48,900 bases of DNA from Atribacterota bacterium (GCA_040767965.1 JAXGNR010000013.1:1-48900), one strand, 5' to 3'. Counted from the stretch's first letter, positions 9,550 to 19,434 are shown. Program-made: numbers and translations. The notes: a model not told the origin generated them from the letters alone.

Positions 9550-9598
9550 TAGTTTTGTTTCCAATTAATTATTAATCACGCAATATCAAATCTCTGTA

Positions 9599-10490
9599 TT
9601 ATGCACAAAAATAAAAACAGGCAAATGCAACCTGTTTTCTATAAATGTGATTCACCATAATCCTTTCCTCTACTCCATTATTATAAACAAAAATCAATTT
9701 TTCTCCTGACAAAAACAGGTCTTGCCCTATGAATAATCCGATGATGATTGGGACAAATAATAACCTGATTTTCTGGGTTATTATTGAGTGATTCAACAAA
9801 GGGGTCTATATGGTGAGATTCTACAATATTGACTCCATACCTTGCACTAATATTTTCTCCACATATCTGGCAGCGATAATTATAAAGAAGTTTTAGGCTC
9901 TCCCCTATTGCCCTGTTAAGTTTCCGAATCTTTACTATTTGGTTCACTGCAGCAATAGTAGCATCAGGGTCAACAGTGTTATAGTTAATATTCGCTTCAT
10001 ACTCATGCTCATCTTCATGAACCATTGTTTCCTTTATTATCTTTGTATCCTCCAGCGTTATACATTCAAGCAAATATGTATCTGGATAGTCTGTTGTATA
10101 TATAACCAGGTATTCTTTTTGTTCGTCGGGAACTTTTATGAATTTACGTTGATTTTCAGGCAGGCTATTTCTCTCCTCTAATATATACCTGTAACTTACA
10201 GCAAAAATGCTTCTAAGTCTTTCCGCAATCTCACTTTGTGGATGATACCTTATTTGCAGTATATCTTTTCTGTTTGGATATTTTCTCTCATCAAATTTCT
10301 GGTTTACAAGCCTTGCCTTATAAGTCTTTCCTTCCAGTACCAGATAAATATCTTTAGACTGACCTCTTGGCAAAAACTTATTTATAGTAGTTTGGAAAAC
10401 TACCTGTATGATTACAGGAATGCTTACACCCTGGTGCAGCACCGACCAGTCCACTTCTTTTTTATATACATAACAGTTGTTATCAAGCAA
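9599..10490 (-). CDS. HNH endonuclease (McrA-like) with a frameshift near the C-terminus
   Basis: CQICG...ESHHIDPF...NNPENQVIICPNHHRIIH is an HNH/Zn motif. The ORF ends at 9681, but a plausible tail (KLIFVYNNGVEERI) continues in another frame after an A-run at about 9700. Confidence 0.8.
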
Positions 10491-10582
10491 CCTATCATTC
10501 CTTATATCTTTAAACTGTTTATCTTATTTTATTTATTCAATAATTGCAAATAAAATCCTTTTTGATTCCTAAATTTTCCCAC

Positions 10583-10620
10583 ATAAAAAGCACATACCAG
10601 TTAAGGTATGTACTTTTTAT
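10583..10620. terminator. Intrinsic terminator-like hairpin
   Basis: ataaaaagcacatacc-agttaa-ggtatgtactttttat inverted repeat with A/T tails. Confidence 0.55.
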
Positions 10621-10924
10621 TTAAGCCCATATCTTTGATAAATAAACTATTTCTAGTTGGTTGTTGTCCAGTGCATTAAAATAATCCAAAATAGTCTCAA
10701 AGTCTGTATCTTTTATTCTCACAACGTCTCCAAACCAATTTAAGTTATCACGGTGAAAATAATCTTTTTTAGAGTTTTTATGCATCTATATCTCATTCTG
10801 TAAAATAAAGACATAGGTTAATTGCTGTCAAACACATTTGCAATTCTCCCAAAAGGGAATTGTGATACGACTATTCCCCTTTGAGAGAAAAGATGATTTT
10901 AATTTGGAACCTCTTTAATTTGTC

Positions 10925-12407
10925 CTAACTTACAAGGCTGGTATCGGTAAATCGATTATTATTTTGTGCAAATATTCTAATACCTGCTGTAACTGAATTA
11001 TTGTTGATAAAAAAAATATCCAGTTTCTTTTTCCTCACTATATTAATTGTCTTATAGAAAAGCGCATGGGAACAATATGCAGTATTAAAATATATTCTCT
11101 CAGCGTTTTCAAGTACTTTAGTGTCATAGTTCAATTCATGCGCTTCTATGAATTTGTAGTGCGGGACAATTGATTTCATATTCTGCTGCCACTGAGGGCT
11201 GCCCCCTATAATTACTCCTTTTGTCACTTTTGGTATATCATTTATTATTTGTTCTTCATTAGCATAATGATTGCCTTGTAGCAAATCTTCTATAACTGTC
11301 TTTAACGCTTCATTTTCTTCTTTATATCTTTCTATCGTGTCTGCCATTTCTTGGATACTCGATTCATATTGTCGCTTAATCTTTATAATCTCTTGTGCTT
11401 CATGTTTATTTTGCTCTTCTTTCATTTTTCTGAGTTCTTCTTTCAATTCTTGGTTTTCAGATATAAGTTTTTCATTAGTTTTCTTCTGTTGCTCAATTTT
11501 GTTGTTTAAATCAATCTCATTTATTAAACTAATTTTATATAATTTCATATATTCTTTATATAAAATTTTGTATTTCTTTATCAAACCTGAAGGAAACGAG
11601 CGGTTATTATAAAATCTGCTATGTCTCTTTTTTTAATATCACTACTTAAAATATCATTAAATGAATTTTGGGAACAAACTGTATAAATATTTAACAGTTC
11701 TTTGTCATTTTCTTCTAATTTACCTGAAATACTTAACTCTGCTATTTCATCATTTAAACTAATATTGTAAGATTCAAGTAAAGAATACAGAGCAAAAACC
11801 ATATTTTTATTTTTTTCCGCAACCAGTCTGTTTTCTAAAATATTTTCTTGATTCATTTGCACTAAAGTTTTTGACAATCCTCATCATTTATTTTATATAA
11901 TTCATTTAAATCAGGACTGTCACCTATTATCGACATCCGCCATTTGTCAAAGTTTTGTATAAAAATTTTACCTTCATTTGTTTCATTATATACTTTCTTT
12001 TCAAAAATCATACATAATAAAATAACTATATAGAACAAATAGTTATCTAAACCTTGCGATTGATATCCTTTTACTTTTGCAATTTTATCATAAATGATTT
12101 TGTTACTATTCTTGATATAAGCATAAAGTTGAGGCCAACCTTCTTGCAGTATTTTATTAAGGAACCATTCTCCATTTGGAGATAGTAGTATACCCGTAAG
12201 TTTTATCGCATAATTTATCATTGATTCAGGAATAATATCAAATTCCTTATTTTTAAAGATTCCACTTTTTAATGCTTTTTCATCATAAGTTGTTTTATTC
12301 TTGCTATATTCTTCATCTATTAAACTATAAATCCTAGAATTTTTTAATATGCTTATTATAATTACAGGATAATCTTTTGAATTTATAATTTGTGAAATCA
12401 TAGGCAT
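10925..12407 (-). pseudogene. Coiled-coil protein with a C-terminal DUF2325-like domain, split into three ORFs (11862-12407, 11581-11877, 10925-11584)
   Basis: The three ORFs overlap and the two downstream ones have TTG starts with no clear RBS. The C-terminus VIIGG...YFNTAYCSHALFYK resembles DUF2325. Confidence 0.5.
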
Positions 12408-12628
12408 TCTCCTTCCAATTTTTACTGATAGACCTGCTTATTATTTATTTTTTTAAAGTTCATTAACTGACACAATAACCATAAAGGCAATATTATATTT
12501 AATATTAAAAAATTTACTTTTAGTTCTGTGATTTTATATGCAAAGGTAATTGTTTTCCCACTGTTCATATCAGGTTTTGTCTGTTATAATTTTCTATAGA
12601 TTAATTTTTATAAGTACATATTTTACTT

Positions 12629-12672
12629 ACAGAAGGAGCATTTTGCAAAATGCTGCCTTCTGTTTTTTCTTT
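12629..12672. terminator. Terminator-like hairpin
   Basis: acagaagg-agcattttgcaaaatgct-gccttctgt followed by a T-run on the + strand. Confidence 0.55.
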
Positions 12673-12689
12673 TATAAGGACATTTTTTA

Positions 12690-13016
12690 TTAATCTAAAC
12701 GTTGCACAGAAATATTTATTGCTCTTAAAAGTTCTTCGCCCAATACATTTGCAAAATATCTTTCAATCGCTGTAATACGGTCAATTCTATCTAGCCAATT
12801 ATATACATCATGCGGTTTTAACGGAATAATGTCTTCACGCCCTTCATATTCTGTATATATCCCGCCAGAATAGTATAAAAACATATCACCAGTTTCAGTC
12901 TTATAAAGCCTTTCAACATGGTAATAGTTGTCGTTTTTTTCACGACCGTTCCAATATTCTTTTATCAATTCGGCTGTTTCAGTATTATACATTTTGTTGT
13001 TGATAAATTTTTTCAT
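12690..13016 (-). CDS. Conserved phage/plasmid-type hypothetical protein (108 aa)
   Basis: RBS AGGAGAG; MKKFINNKMYNTETAELI...ERLYKTETGDMFLYYSGG is a pattern I associate with mobile-element proteins. Confidence 0.7.
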   Translation of the reverse strand: MKKFINNKMYNTETAELIKEYWNGREKNDNYYHVERLYKTETGDMFLYYSGGIYTEYEGREDIIPLKPHDVYNWLDRIDRITAIERYFANVLGEELLRAINISVQRLD

Positions 13017-13231
13017 GTTTCATCTCTCCTTAATTTTGATATAATATTGATTAACAAATTAATTTATTTTCAATATCACAGGGGCATTCGGCAAAATACT
13101 TCTCATTTTCTTTTATTAGGTGCTCTAATATCAATCACAAAACCACCTCCCTTAATTACCTCATATCGTTAGAGCAAACTGTATTTCTAAAACCAGAGGG
13201 GTGTAAACCTTTTAAATTTTATTTGAACCAT

Positions 13232-13490
13232 TTAAACCCTACATTATAAGTATAGCACATACAATTTTTGGTTATTTTTATAAGCATTTTCACCCCTCTA
13301 TTGATAGTTTAACATATAAGAAAATTGAGATTTTTTTAACCATATCTCCCTTCACTACTAAGCATAACATATTGTAATATAGAAAATTTTTCCTTTATTT
13401 CCACATTTGTAGTATAATTCATAAGAAATTTGAGTTTTTTTAAACCTTACCCCTCTATAATTGAGTATAACACATGTAAAAATTTGTAAA
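13232..13490. repeat. Five degenerate tandem units of 50-57 bp
   Basis: Core AG(T/C)(A/T)TA(A/G)CA-like motif at 13249, 13306, 13361, 13411 and 13464, each preceded by a CC(C)T-rich box and followed by an AAATTT-like run. Confidence 0.6.
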
Positions 13491-13864
13491 ATTGATTTGC
13501 CATAGGACTAAATTTCTTATACCTTGCACCCATCTCGCCTGTAATTGGCAATAAAAAACTGCCTACTTTTATTAGTAGACAGTTTAGTAAGATGGGCATC
13601 AATGATGAAACCAGTTTTTACTGAAGCGTTTTATATATAATTAATTATTCATGTCAAGTATATTTTTTCTCTAAAATTTATCTAATCACCTACCTCTTAC
13701 CCCTAATCCCAATCCCTTAACCCTATAAATATATGTATATTAGTGAGTCAGGGCAAAGGCTTATGGTTTAAGGGGTTTGGTGAATTTTTATGCGACAAAA
13801 ATTATACTCCTGCCCCAGATATCAACCTTATAACTAATTCCTTAAACCTTCCCCCCCTCTAACC

Positions 13865-13907
13865 AAAAAGGCTGACAGGTTAGTATACTACAACTACCCG
13901 ACAGCCT
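13865..13907 (-). terminator. Terminator downstream of the dndB-like gene
   Basis: Minus strand AGGCTGTCGGGT...ACCTGTCAGCCT followed by TTTT. Confidence 0.6.
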
Positions 13908-13923
13908 AGTTAAAAAATGTAAA

Positions 13924-14991
13924 TTATTCAGTCTTTTCGTTTAATAGTTTTTTAAACATTCTTTCTATCTTGTTTTTAAACTTCTCCCTGCTTTCACTGG
14001 TATTAATAATAGAATATCCTCTTTCCTTTCCACCCTTTATCACTTCACCATACCATATTTTAGAGGATTTTAGCAGGTCAAGTTCATTTATAAGGGGCAG
14101 ATACTCCTTCCAATTCTCCTTATCCCGTAGCACCTTACTTATGGCCACGTATCCGTAAAACATAAAGTTCTCCCCTATTAGCGATGTTTCCTTGCTTTGT
14201 GCCCTCTTTTCAAAGTTGTATAATTCAGGAATAAGATTTATCAGTTCGTTAAAAAATTCTGCAAGGTATTTAGATAATTCCATCACCTGAACCCTTGTCT
14301 CTAAATCCTTGTAAACTATCTGTATAGCGTTTACAAGTGTAGCAAAGGTTACGATATGTCGTTCATCGTTTTTTGGTATGGAATTTCTTACCACTTCCAC
14401 CCTGCCTGCGAGGTCGCTGCTTTTCATAAGTTCCCTTACTACAATGTTAGCAAGCCCAGTCTGATTAAAATATTCTGAACGACTGGAACTTATTTTAAGC
14501 CCCTGGGAGAACTGGTGAAATTGCTGCTGGGCAGTCTGCACATCATAATTGGTGATTTTTACAGGGAATTTAAGTTCAGACAAATCAAAGGCTGTATTCC
14601 CTTTTTCGTTTCCTTCGAGAATCATAGCCAAAGCCCTGATTCTGTGCTGTCCATCAGAAATGTTTATTTCACCTTCTACAGTAAGGTTCCCCTCATCATC
14701 AAATTCAATCTTTTCACTTCCGTCTTCAAGTACATTTAATGTAATCATATCTGTGAAATATTGGCCTGACAGCATAGAAGTATAGATTTTTTTCACATTT
14801 GCTTTGCTGAACACAGCAACCTCAGTTTCCGTGTTGTCCTTTCCCCTTTTAACCTTTGTTCCTCTCTGAATCTCTGGGTTATATGTTATTATCCCATCCC
14901 TCCACATCTGTGCTAATTCCTGCCCATCGATTACTGTCTGGTATTCCTTTTCGCCTATCTGGTTTACATCCCTGAACACATATTCCGCCAT
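13924..14991 (-). CDS. DndB/DGQHR-domain (ParB-like fold) protein
   Basis: YNPEIQRG and ISDGQHRIRAL motifs. Start moved to ATG 14991 after RBS GGAGG. Confidence 0.8.
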   Translation of the reverse strand: MAEYVFRDVNQIGEKEYQTVIDGQELAQMWRDGIITYNPEIQRGTKVKRGKDNTETEVAVFSKANVKKIYTSMLSGQYFTDMITLNVLEDGSEKIEFDDEGNLTVEGEINISDGQHRIRALAMILEGNEKGNTAFDLSELKFPVKITNYDVQTAQQQFHQFSQGLKISSSRSEYFNQTGLANIVVRELMKSSDLAGRVEVVRNSIPKNDERHIVTFATLVNAIQIVYKDLETRVQVMELSKYLAEFFNELINLIPELYNFEKRAQSKETSLIGENFMFYGYVAISKVLRDKENWKEYLPLINELDLLKSSKIWYGEVIKGGKERGYSIINTSESREKFKNKIERMFKKLLNEKTE

Positions 14992-15252
14992 ATGTACTTT
15001 TCCTCCCTTGTTTTTTACATTTATAATAATACAGCAAACTTTTCCAATACTAAAATTATGGACAATATTTTCTGGTTGCATTCTATCAGATTGAGGTCAA
15101 AGGCTCAAGGGAAAAGTTGATTTTGTTGCCTATACCATAAAAATGTCTGACTACCTGTAAAGAAAGTTTACAAAATAAAAAGTGCAGGATTCTCTCCCAC
15201 ACCTTACCCCTTATTCCTTATCCCTTATATACCTAATTTCTATTTATCCCTG

Positions 15253-16143
15253 CTATTCATCTTTTAAGTACCTTGCAATAAGTCCATCCAGTCTCTGGCT
15301 TAGTTTCAACGCCTCTTCATTGTTTATTCCTTTGCCCTCGAGGGTAACTTTTTTATTCAACTCATCTCTTAATTTCTCTATTTCCTGAAGCAAATGCTTC
15401 AATTTCTTACTATCCTGTTTGTCTTTAGATTTTTTTACTCTTTTCTCTTTGTACAAATCTCTATCTGCCATTTTTATTATGTCCCCCATGTTTCGTAAAC
15501 AATCATAATAGGCTGCTCCTGCACTAATTTGAATATTCATCCCTTGTCCTGCTGCTAATTTATTAATCTCTTTTCTTATTCTTTCTATTACTCTATAAGC
15601 AGCCTTTTTATCCTGGTTAAAAAGTAAAATTATGAATTCATCGCCCCCGTACCTTAGTCCTGCATCCTCCTTCCTTATACACTTTTTTATCGCTTGTCCT
15701 ACTATTTCAATGACCTTATCTCCTGCTGTATGTCCATATGTATCATTAATTTCTTTTAAATTATCCACGTCAATAAGTATTAAGGAAAAGTTTTGGGTTC
15801 TAGGGTGAAGAGTTACATCGCTGATAATCTGCTCCCAATAGTTACGGTTATATAGTCCTGTAACTGCATCTATTAATGCTTTTCTGCAATCTTCACACTT
15901 AGGGTATTTTAATACAGCAGTAATCACATAGTACATATTGCCAGTAATATTAACCTCATCAATAATGACATGATAATTCTCCAAATCATATTGGACAGGT
16001 AAATCATCAAGCAATCTATTTGCGATATCCAGTTTTTTAATATAATCTATAGCATTTTGATTGTCTATGCTGGCATATTGAATATCATATCCTTTGTTTA
16101 ATACAATGCGGATTATCTCTTCATTTTTATCTTCCTTGCACAT
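15253..16143 (-). CDS. GGDEF diguanylate cyclase with a C-terminal Spo0E-like domain
   Basis: DAVTGLYNR, IDVDNLKEINDTYGHTAGD and RYGGDEF; C-terminal IEKLRDELNK...ALKLSQRLDGLIARY matches the Spo0E SQxLD signature. Confidence 0.85.
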   Translation of the reverse strand: MCKEDKNEEIIRIVLNKGYDIQYASIDNQNAIDYIKKLDIANRLLDDLPVQYDLENYHVIIDEVNITGNMYYVITAVLKYPKCEDCRKALIDAVTGLYNRNYWEQIISDVTLHPRTQNFSLILIDVDNLKEINDTYGHTAGDKVIEIVGQAIKKCIRKEDAGLRYGGDEFIILLFNQDKKAAYRVIERIRKEINKLAAGQGMNIQISAGAAYYDCLRNMGDIIKMADRDLYKEKRVKKSKDKQDSKKLKHLLQEIEKLRDELNKKVTLEGKGINNEEALKLSQRLDGLIARYLKDE

Positions 16144-16170
16144 AATAATAAGCCTCCAAATTTTCTGTTC

Positions 16171-16517
16171 GTTCTTTATTAGAACATATTATTGCATAAC
16201 TTCGGATAAAATACAACTGTTCCAATAAAGAACATAAGGTGGTGTGATTATGAAATTAATACTCGATTCCGAGGAACGCAATATTGCGGGTTCCAGGGTT
16301 AAAATCGCAAGATTAAAAAATAATCTGACACAACAGGAACTGTCGGCGAAACTTGAAACACTGACTGTCTATGTTGACAGGGCAAGTATTTCAAAAATTG
16401 AACAACGCAAAAGGATAATTACTGATATTGAACTTTTAGCCTTATCCCAAGTGCTAAATGTAAGTGTCAATTGGTTATTGGGTCTAGAAAAATAAGTTTT
16501 TGTTCTAATAAAGAACA
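16171..16517. promoter_or_regulatory. Three copies of an operator-like dyad TGTTCYAATAAAGAACA around the XRE gene
   Basis: 16171-16186 (reverse), 16218-16234 and 16501-16517. Confidence 0.65.
16244..16495 (+). CDS. XRE-family HTH regulator
   Basis: GSRVKIARLKNNLTQQELSAKL...RASISKIEQRKR...LSQVLNVSVNWLLG. Confidence 0.9.
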   Translation: MIMKLILDSEERNIAGSRVKIARLKNNLTQQELSAKLETLTVYVDRASISKIEQRKRIITDIELLALSQVLNVSVNWLLGLEK

Positions 16518-16644
16518 TTATAATATATATCCTTATTTTTGTAAATTCAACAGCCCCTTTTTCCTTCTCTTACACCCTATACCTTATATGCGTTCAAATG
16601 CACACAACTTGTTTGTTATATATTTAACCATATTTTTCAGAGTG

Positions 16645-16712
16645 CAAACAAAAACACACCTCTCCTCTGCGTTATGCAGTATAAGAGAAGTGTGTCCCTT
16701 TCGGCTGTATGC
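16645..16712 (-). ncRNA. Candidate small RNA of about 65 nt
   Basis: Promoter TTGTAC-17bp-TAATAT with a TG extension (16745-16717), then a hairpin ACACAC...GTGTGT with an inner stem and a T-run; no ORF on this strand. Confidence 0.35.
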
Positions 16713-16754
16713 CATCATATTACCATATTTTAGTTATGAGTACAAGAATTAATA

Positions 16755-17042
16755 TTATTTTCCCTTTGCAATCAATGTCCACCGAATGGCAGTCTTACTA
16801 ATTGGCTGTATATCATTTCCTGCTGTGTTTACTTTAACGTAATATGGCCTCAAATTAAACCTATACCCTTTACTCACCAGATATTCAACCGCTTGTATAA
16901 GGGCTTTCACTGTCATATATGTTGCCTTTATTCCTATTGCATCAATATGGACAATGCCATCCTCAACTACGTATTTATTAATTGTATCAGCAATAGCGTT
17001 TATATTACCATTTCCTGAAACCTTTAATACCTGTATACCCAA
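16755..17042 (-). CDS. spoVS: SpoVS-like protein (divergent)
   Basis: VLKVSG...AIA...IDAIGIKATYMTVKALIQA...KTAIRW aligns by eye with SpoVS (LKVS, QAIGAGA, VKA, RTAI). RBS AGGAGG. Confidence 0.7.
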   Translation of the reverse strand: MGIQVLKVSGNGNINAIADTINKYVVEDGIVHIDAIGIKATYMTVKALIQAVEYLVSKGYRFNLRPYYVKVNTAGNDIQPISKTAIRWTLIAKGK

Positions 17043-17123
17043 TATAAAATCCCTCCTTAATGCTGGTTTTGAGCATTATAGGAAGGGATTGCTCATAATT
17101 TCAAGTTTCTTGGTTTCTTACAT

Positions 17124-17240
17124 TTATGTAATGAAGTATTAATTAAAATACTTAAAACCTATACTTCATTACGAAAGAGAGGAATTTGGTTAATCTCTCC
17201 TTTTCGTAATGAAGTACTTGTTTAATACTTCATTACATAA
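17124..17240. repeat. Nested inverted repeats; four copies of GTAATGAAGTA in alternating orientation
   Basis: A perfect 19-bp IR (17124-17142/17222-17240) encloses a perfect 15-bp IR (17162-17176/17202-17216). Confidence 0.9.
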
Positions 17241-17427
17241 GTTATTATAAAGCCCAAAAACTTTTTGTCAAATTTTCACGGCTATTTTTTTTATTAAATT
17301 TTTGTTACAATTCTTGAAAAGTTTTTTATCCAAAAAGTTGATTTTTATTTATTTCAAAGTATAATGCCGTCATCATTTAACACACCGTCAAATGGCGTTT
17401 TATTTTTATGTGTTACTTTTTAATTAG

Positions 17428-19434
17428 ATGATAAATTTCTACGAAAGGATGATGGCAATGAATATCAATGAAATTATAGAAATCAAAATCAAATATGAAA
17501 TGGGACAACTGTATAATTACCTAAATGAAATAGAGAATACTTATATATCATCTCAGATAACTGGGGAAAATTTAGTTAAATTTTATAACCTGAATGCAAC
17601 TAATCAATATGGACACTGGCGATGTGTATGTCCTTTTCACCAAGGCGCATCAAATAGAACTGAGTTTATATTTAACGATAACGAAAAAAGTTTTACATGC
17701 TTTGCCTGCAAAACCAGTGGAACCTACTTAAAGTTTATTGCATTAATGCAGGGATTTACTTCAAATGCTCTTAATGAAGCCAAAATATTTGCTGCAGTAC
17801 ATTTTGCTCATTTGAACCTTGCTTTTAATTCAATAAGTGATTATAGAGAAAAAATAAAGCAGAAAGTCATAAAAAGATATGAGGCAACAAAAAGTTTAGA
17901 CATTAAGGATTATTATGATATCTCAATATTACCCGATAAATCTGCTTTACCGGTCAATACAGTAACGAGAAAACCAGATAATTCTTCTGTGAATAACAAA
18001 AATGAATTTCCTATTGAATCATCTTCGAAGAAAGATGCTGAACATAATATTTATATACAAGCGACAGAAGACGCAAAAAACAGTATATTGCTGCATGAAA
18101 TCCTGTTAAATAAAGAACAGTTCAATTCAATTGATAAATTGCAGGATTTCATGCATAAAAAGTATTATATTTCTGGCGGTATTATAGAAAAATATGGACT
18201 TATTTATTTTGACAGACAAAGCCAAAGTAAACTTACTCATCCTAATTTTTATGGACTTAGTGATAGAGTAATATTCCCATTCAAAGACCATAACTCAGGC
18301 ATAATAGTAGGGCTTCATTGCAGACACGTCTTATACAAAAAAGAAGAAGGCAAAAGTAAACAATGGGGGAAGTATTCAAATATTCTTGATTATGGTGAAC
18401 TCAAAACTAAAGACAATGGATATCAGTATTACGGTATAAAATCTTTTTCCATAGGCCAGTTTTTGTTTAATTTATTTGAAATTAAAGACAACAAAGTAAC
18501 CAAATTATGGATTACTGAAGGTGTTGCCGACTGCCTGAAACTAATATCCTTAGGATATATTAGTGCAGTTTCCCCCGGTCAATCTAACCTCACTGACGAA
18601 CAGATAAATCTTTTAAAACACTATTTTGGCTGTGAAATTGAAGTACTGCTCTTTTTTGATAATGATAATAATAACATAGGACAGTGCAATAGCATCCAAA
18701 TAGCCTATAAGTTATGGAAAAGCGGATTTAGAAATATAAAAATTGTCCGCACCTTTCCTGGACAAGGAAAGGATTTGACGGATGTTGCTGTTGCAATCCA
18801 GAATGATAGCCAACTGCGGATGCTGATTGACTTGTGGGAAAAGAATGCTTATGCTTTCTCGCCTGCACCACAGGAACATATAAATATACTTTTGAACTCT
18901 GGATATTATACTGATTCCGAAGTATATTCAATAGACCCTAGAAATATAGAAGATGAAATCGCAAAAGTTAAACTTCTTAAAAAACTAAGCAAACATCCCG
19001 ACTTGGATATCAAAGAATTAAAAGGGATAAAAGATATTAATATTACATCAATCACTGAACCTGATATGAATAATGCTAAAAACAATACAAATAATTGTAA
19101 ATTTGAATTAAATAGAACAGACCCTCTACCTCCCTCTCCTCGTAGTGAAGCAGAGTTATGTGAAACGGATTCTTCCCAGAATCCTGAATGCTGTTTTATG
19201 AACATTTCAGATGCCCAGTTGTATCGGCTTAAGCAGAAATTTGATATGGATACAATTAAAGAAATTGATGAAAAATGTACAAAAGAACAAATTATTGATA
19301 TCGTGGGTAAGATAATAAGTGGCATTCCGTTTGAACTTGATGAATATCTTTCTCCCGAAAAATGTACACCACCTATTTTAGTAGACGAAAATTTAAATCC
19401 AATCATAGTTGAACCTGAAGATATACCATTTTAG
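17428..19434 (+). CDS. DnaG-like primase (CHC2 zinc finger + TOPRIM) with a long C-terminal extension
   Basis: CPFH...FTCFAC zinc finger; RVIFP; ITEGVADC, FFDND and GKDLTD TOPRIM motifs; ends EPEDIPF. Confidence 0.88.
   Translation: MINFYERMMAMNINEIIEIKIKYEMGQLYNYLNEIENTYISSQITGENLVKFYNLNATNQYGHWRCVCPFHQGASNRTEFIFNDNEKSFTCFACKTSGTYLKFIALMQGFTSNALNEAKIFAAVHFAHLNLAFNSISDYREKIKQKVIKRYEATKSLDIKDYYDISILPDKSALPVNTVTRKPDNSSVNNKNEFPIESSSKKDAEHNIYIQATEDAKNSILLHEILLNKEQFNSIDKLQDFMHKKYYISGGIIEKYGLIYFDRQSQSKLTHPNFYGLSDRVIFPFKDHNSGIIVGLHCRHVLYKKEEGKSKQWGKYSNILDYGELKTKDNGYQYYGIKSFSIGQFLFNLFEIKDNKVTKLWITEGVADCLKLISLGYISAVSPGQSNLTDEQINLLKHYFGCEIEVLLFFDNDNNNIGQCNSIQIAYKLWKSGFRNIKIVRTFPGQGKDLTDVAVAIQNDSQLRMLIDLWEKNAYAFSPAPQEHINILLNSGYYTDSEVYSIDPRNIEDEIAKVKLLKKLSKHPDLDIKELKGIKDINITSITEPDMNNAKNNTNNCKFELNRTDPLPPSPRSEAELCETDSSQNPECCFMNISDAQLYRLKQKFDMDTIKEIDEKCTKEQIIDIVGKIISGIPFELDEYLSPEKCTPPILVDENLNPIIVEPEDIPF

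Noticed and set aside
10621-10800. Short minus-strand coding-like remnant (…WFGDVVRIKDTDFETILDYF…)
   Set aside because: It has no clear start or family and is too short to call.
13924-14991. Phosphorothioation (dnd) system
   Set aside because: Only a DndB-like gene is present.
16640-16720. c-di-GMP riboswitch near the GGDEF gene
   Set aside because: A GAAA is present, but the class I and class II consensus elements are not recognisable.
18728-19406. Minus-strand ORFs of 67 and 166 aa
   Set aside because: Both are antisense to the primase.
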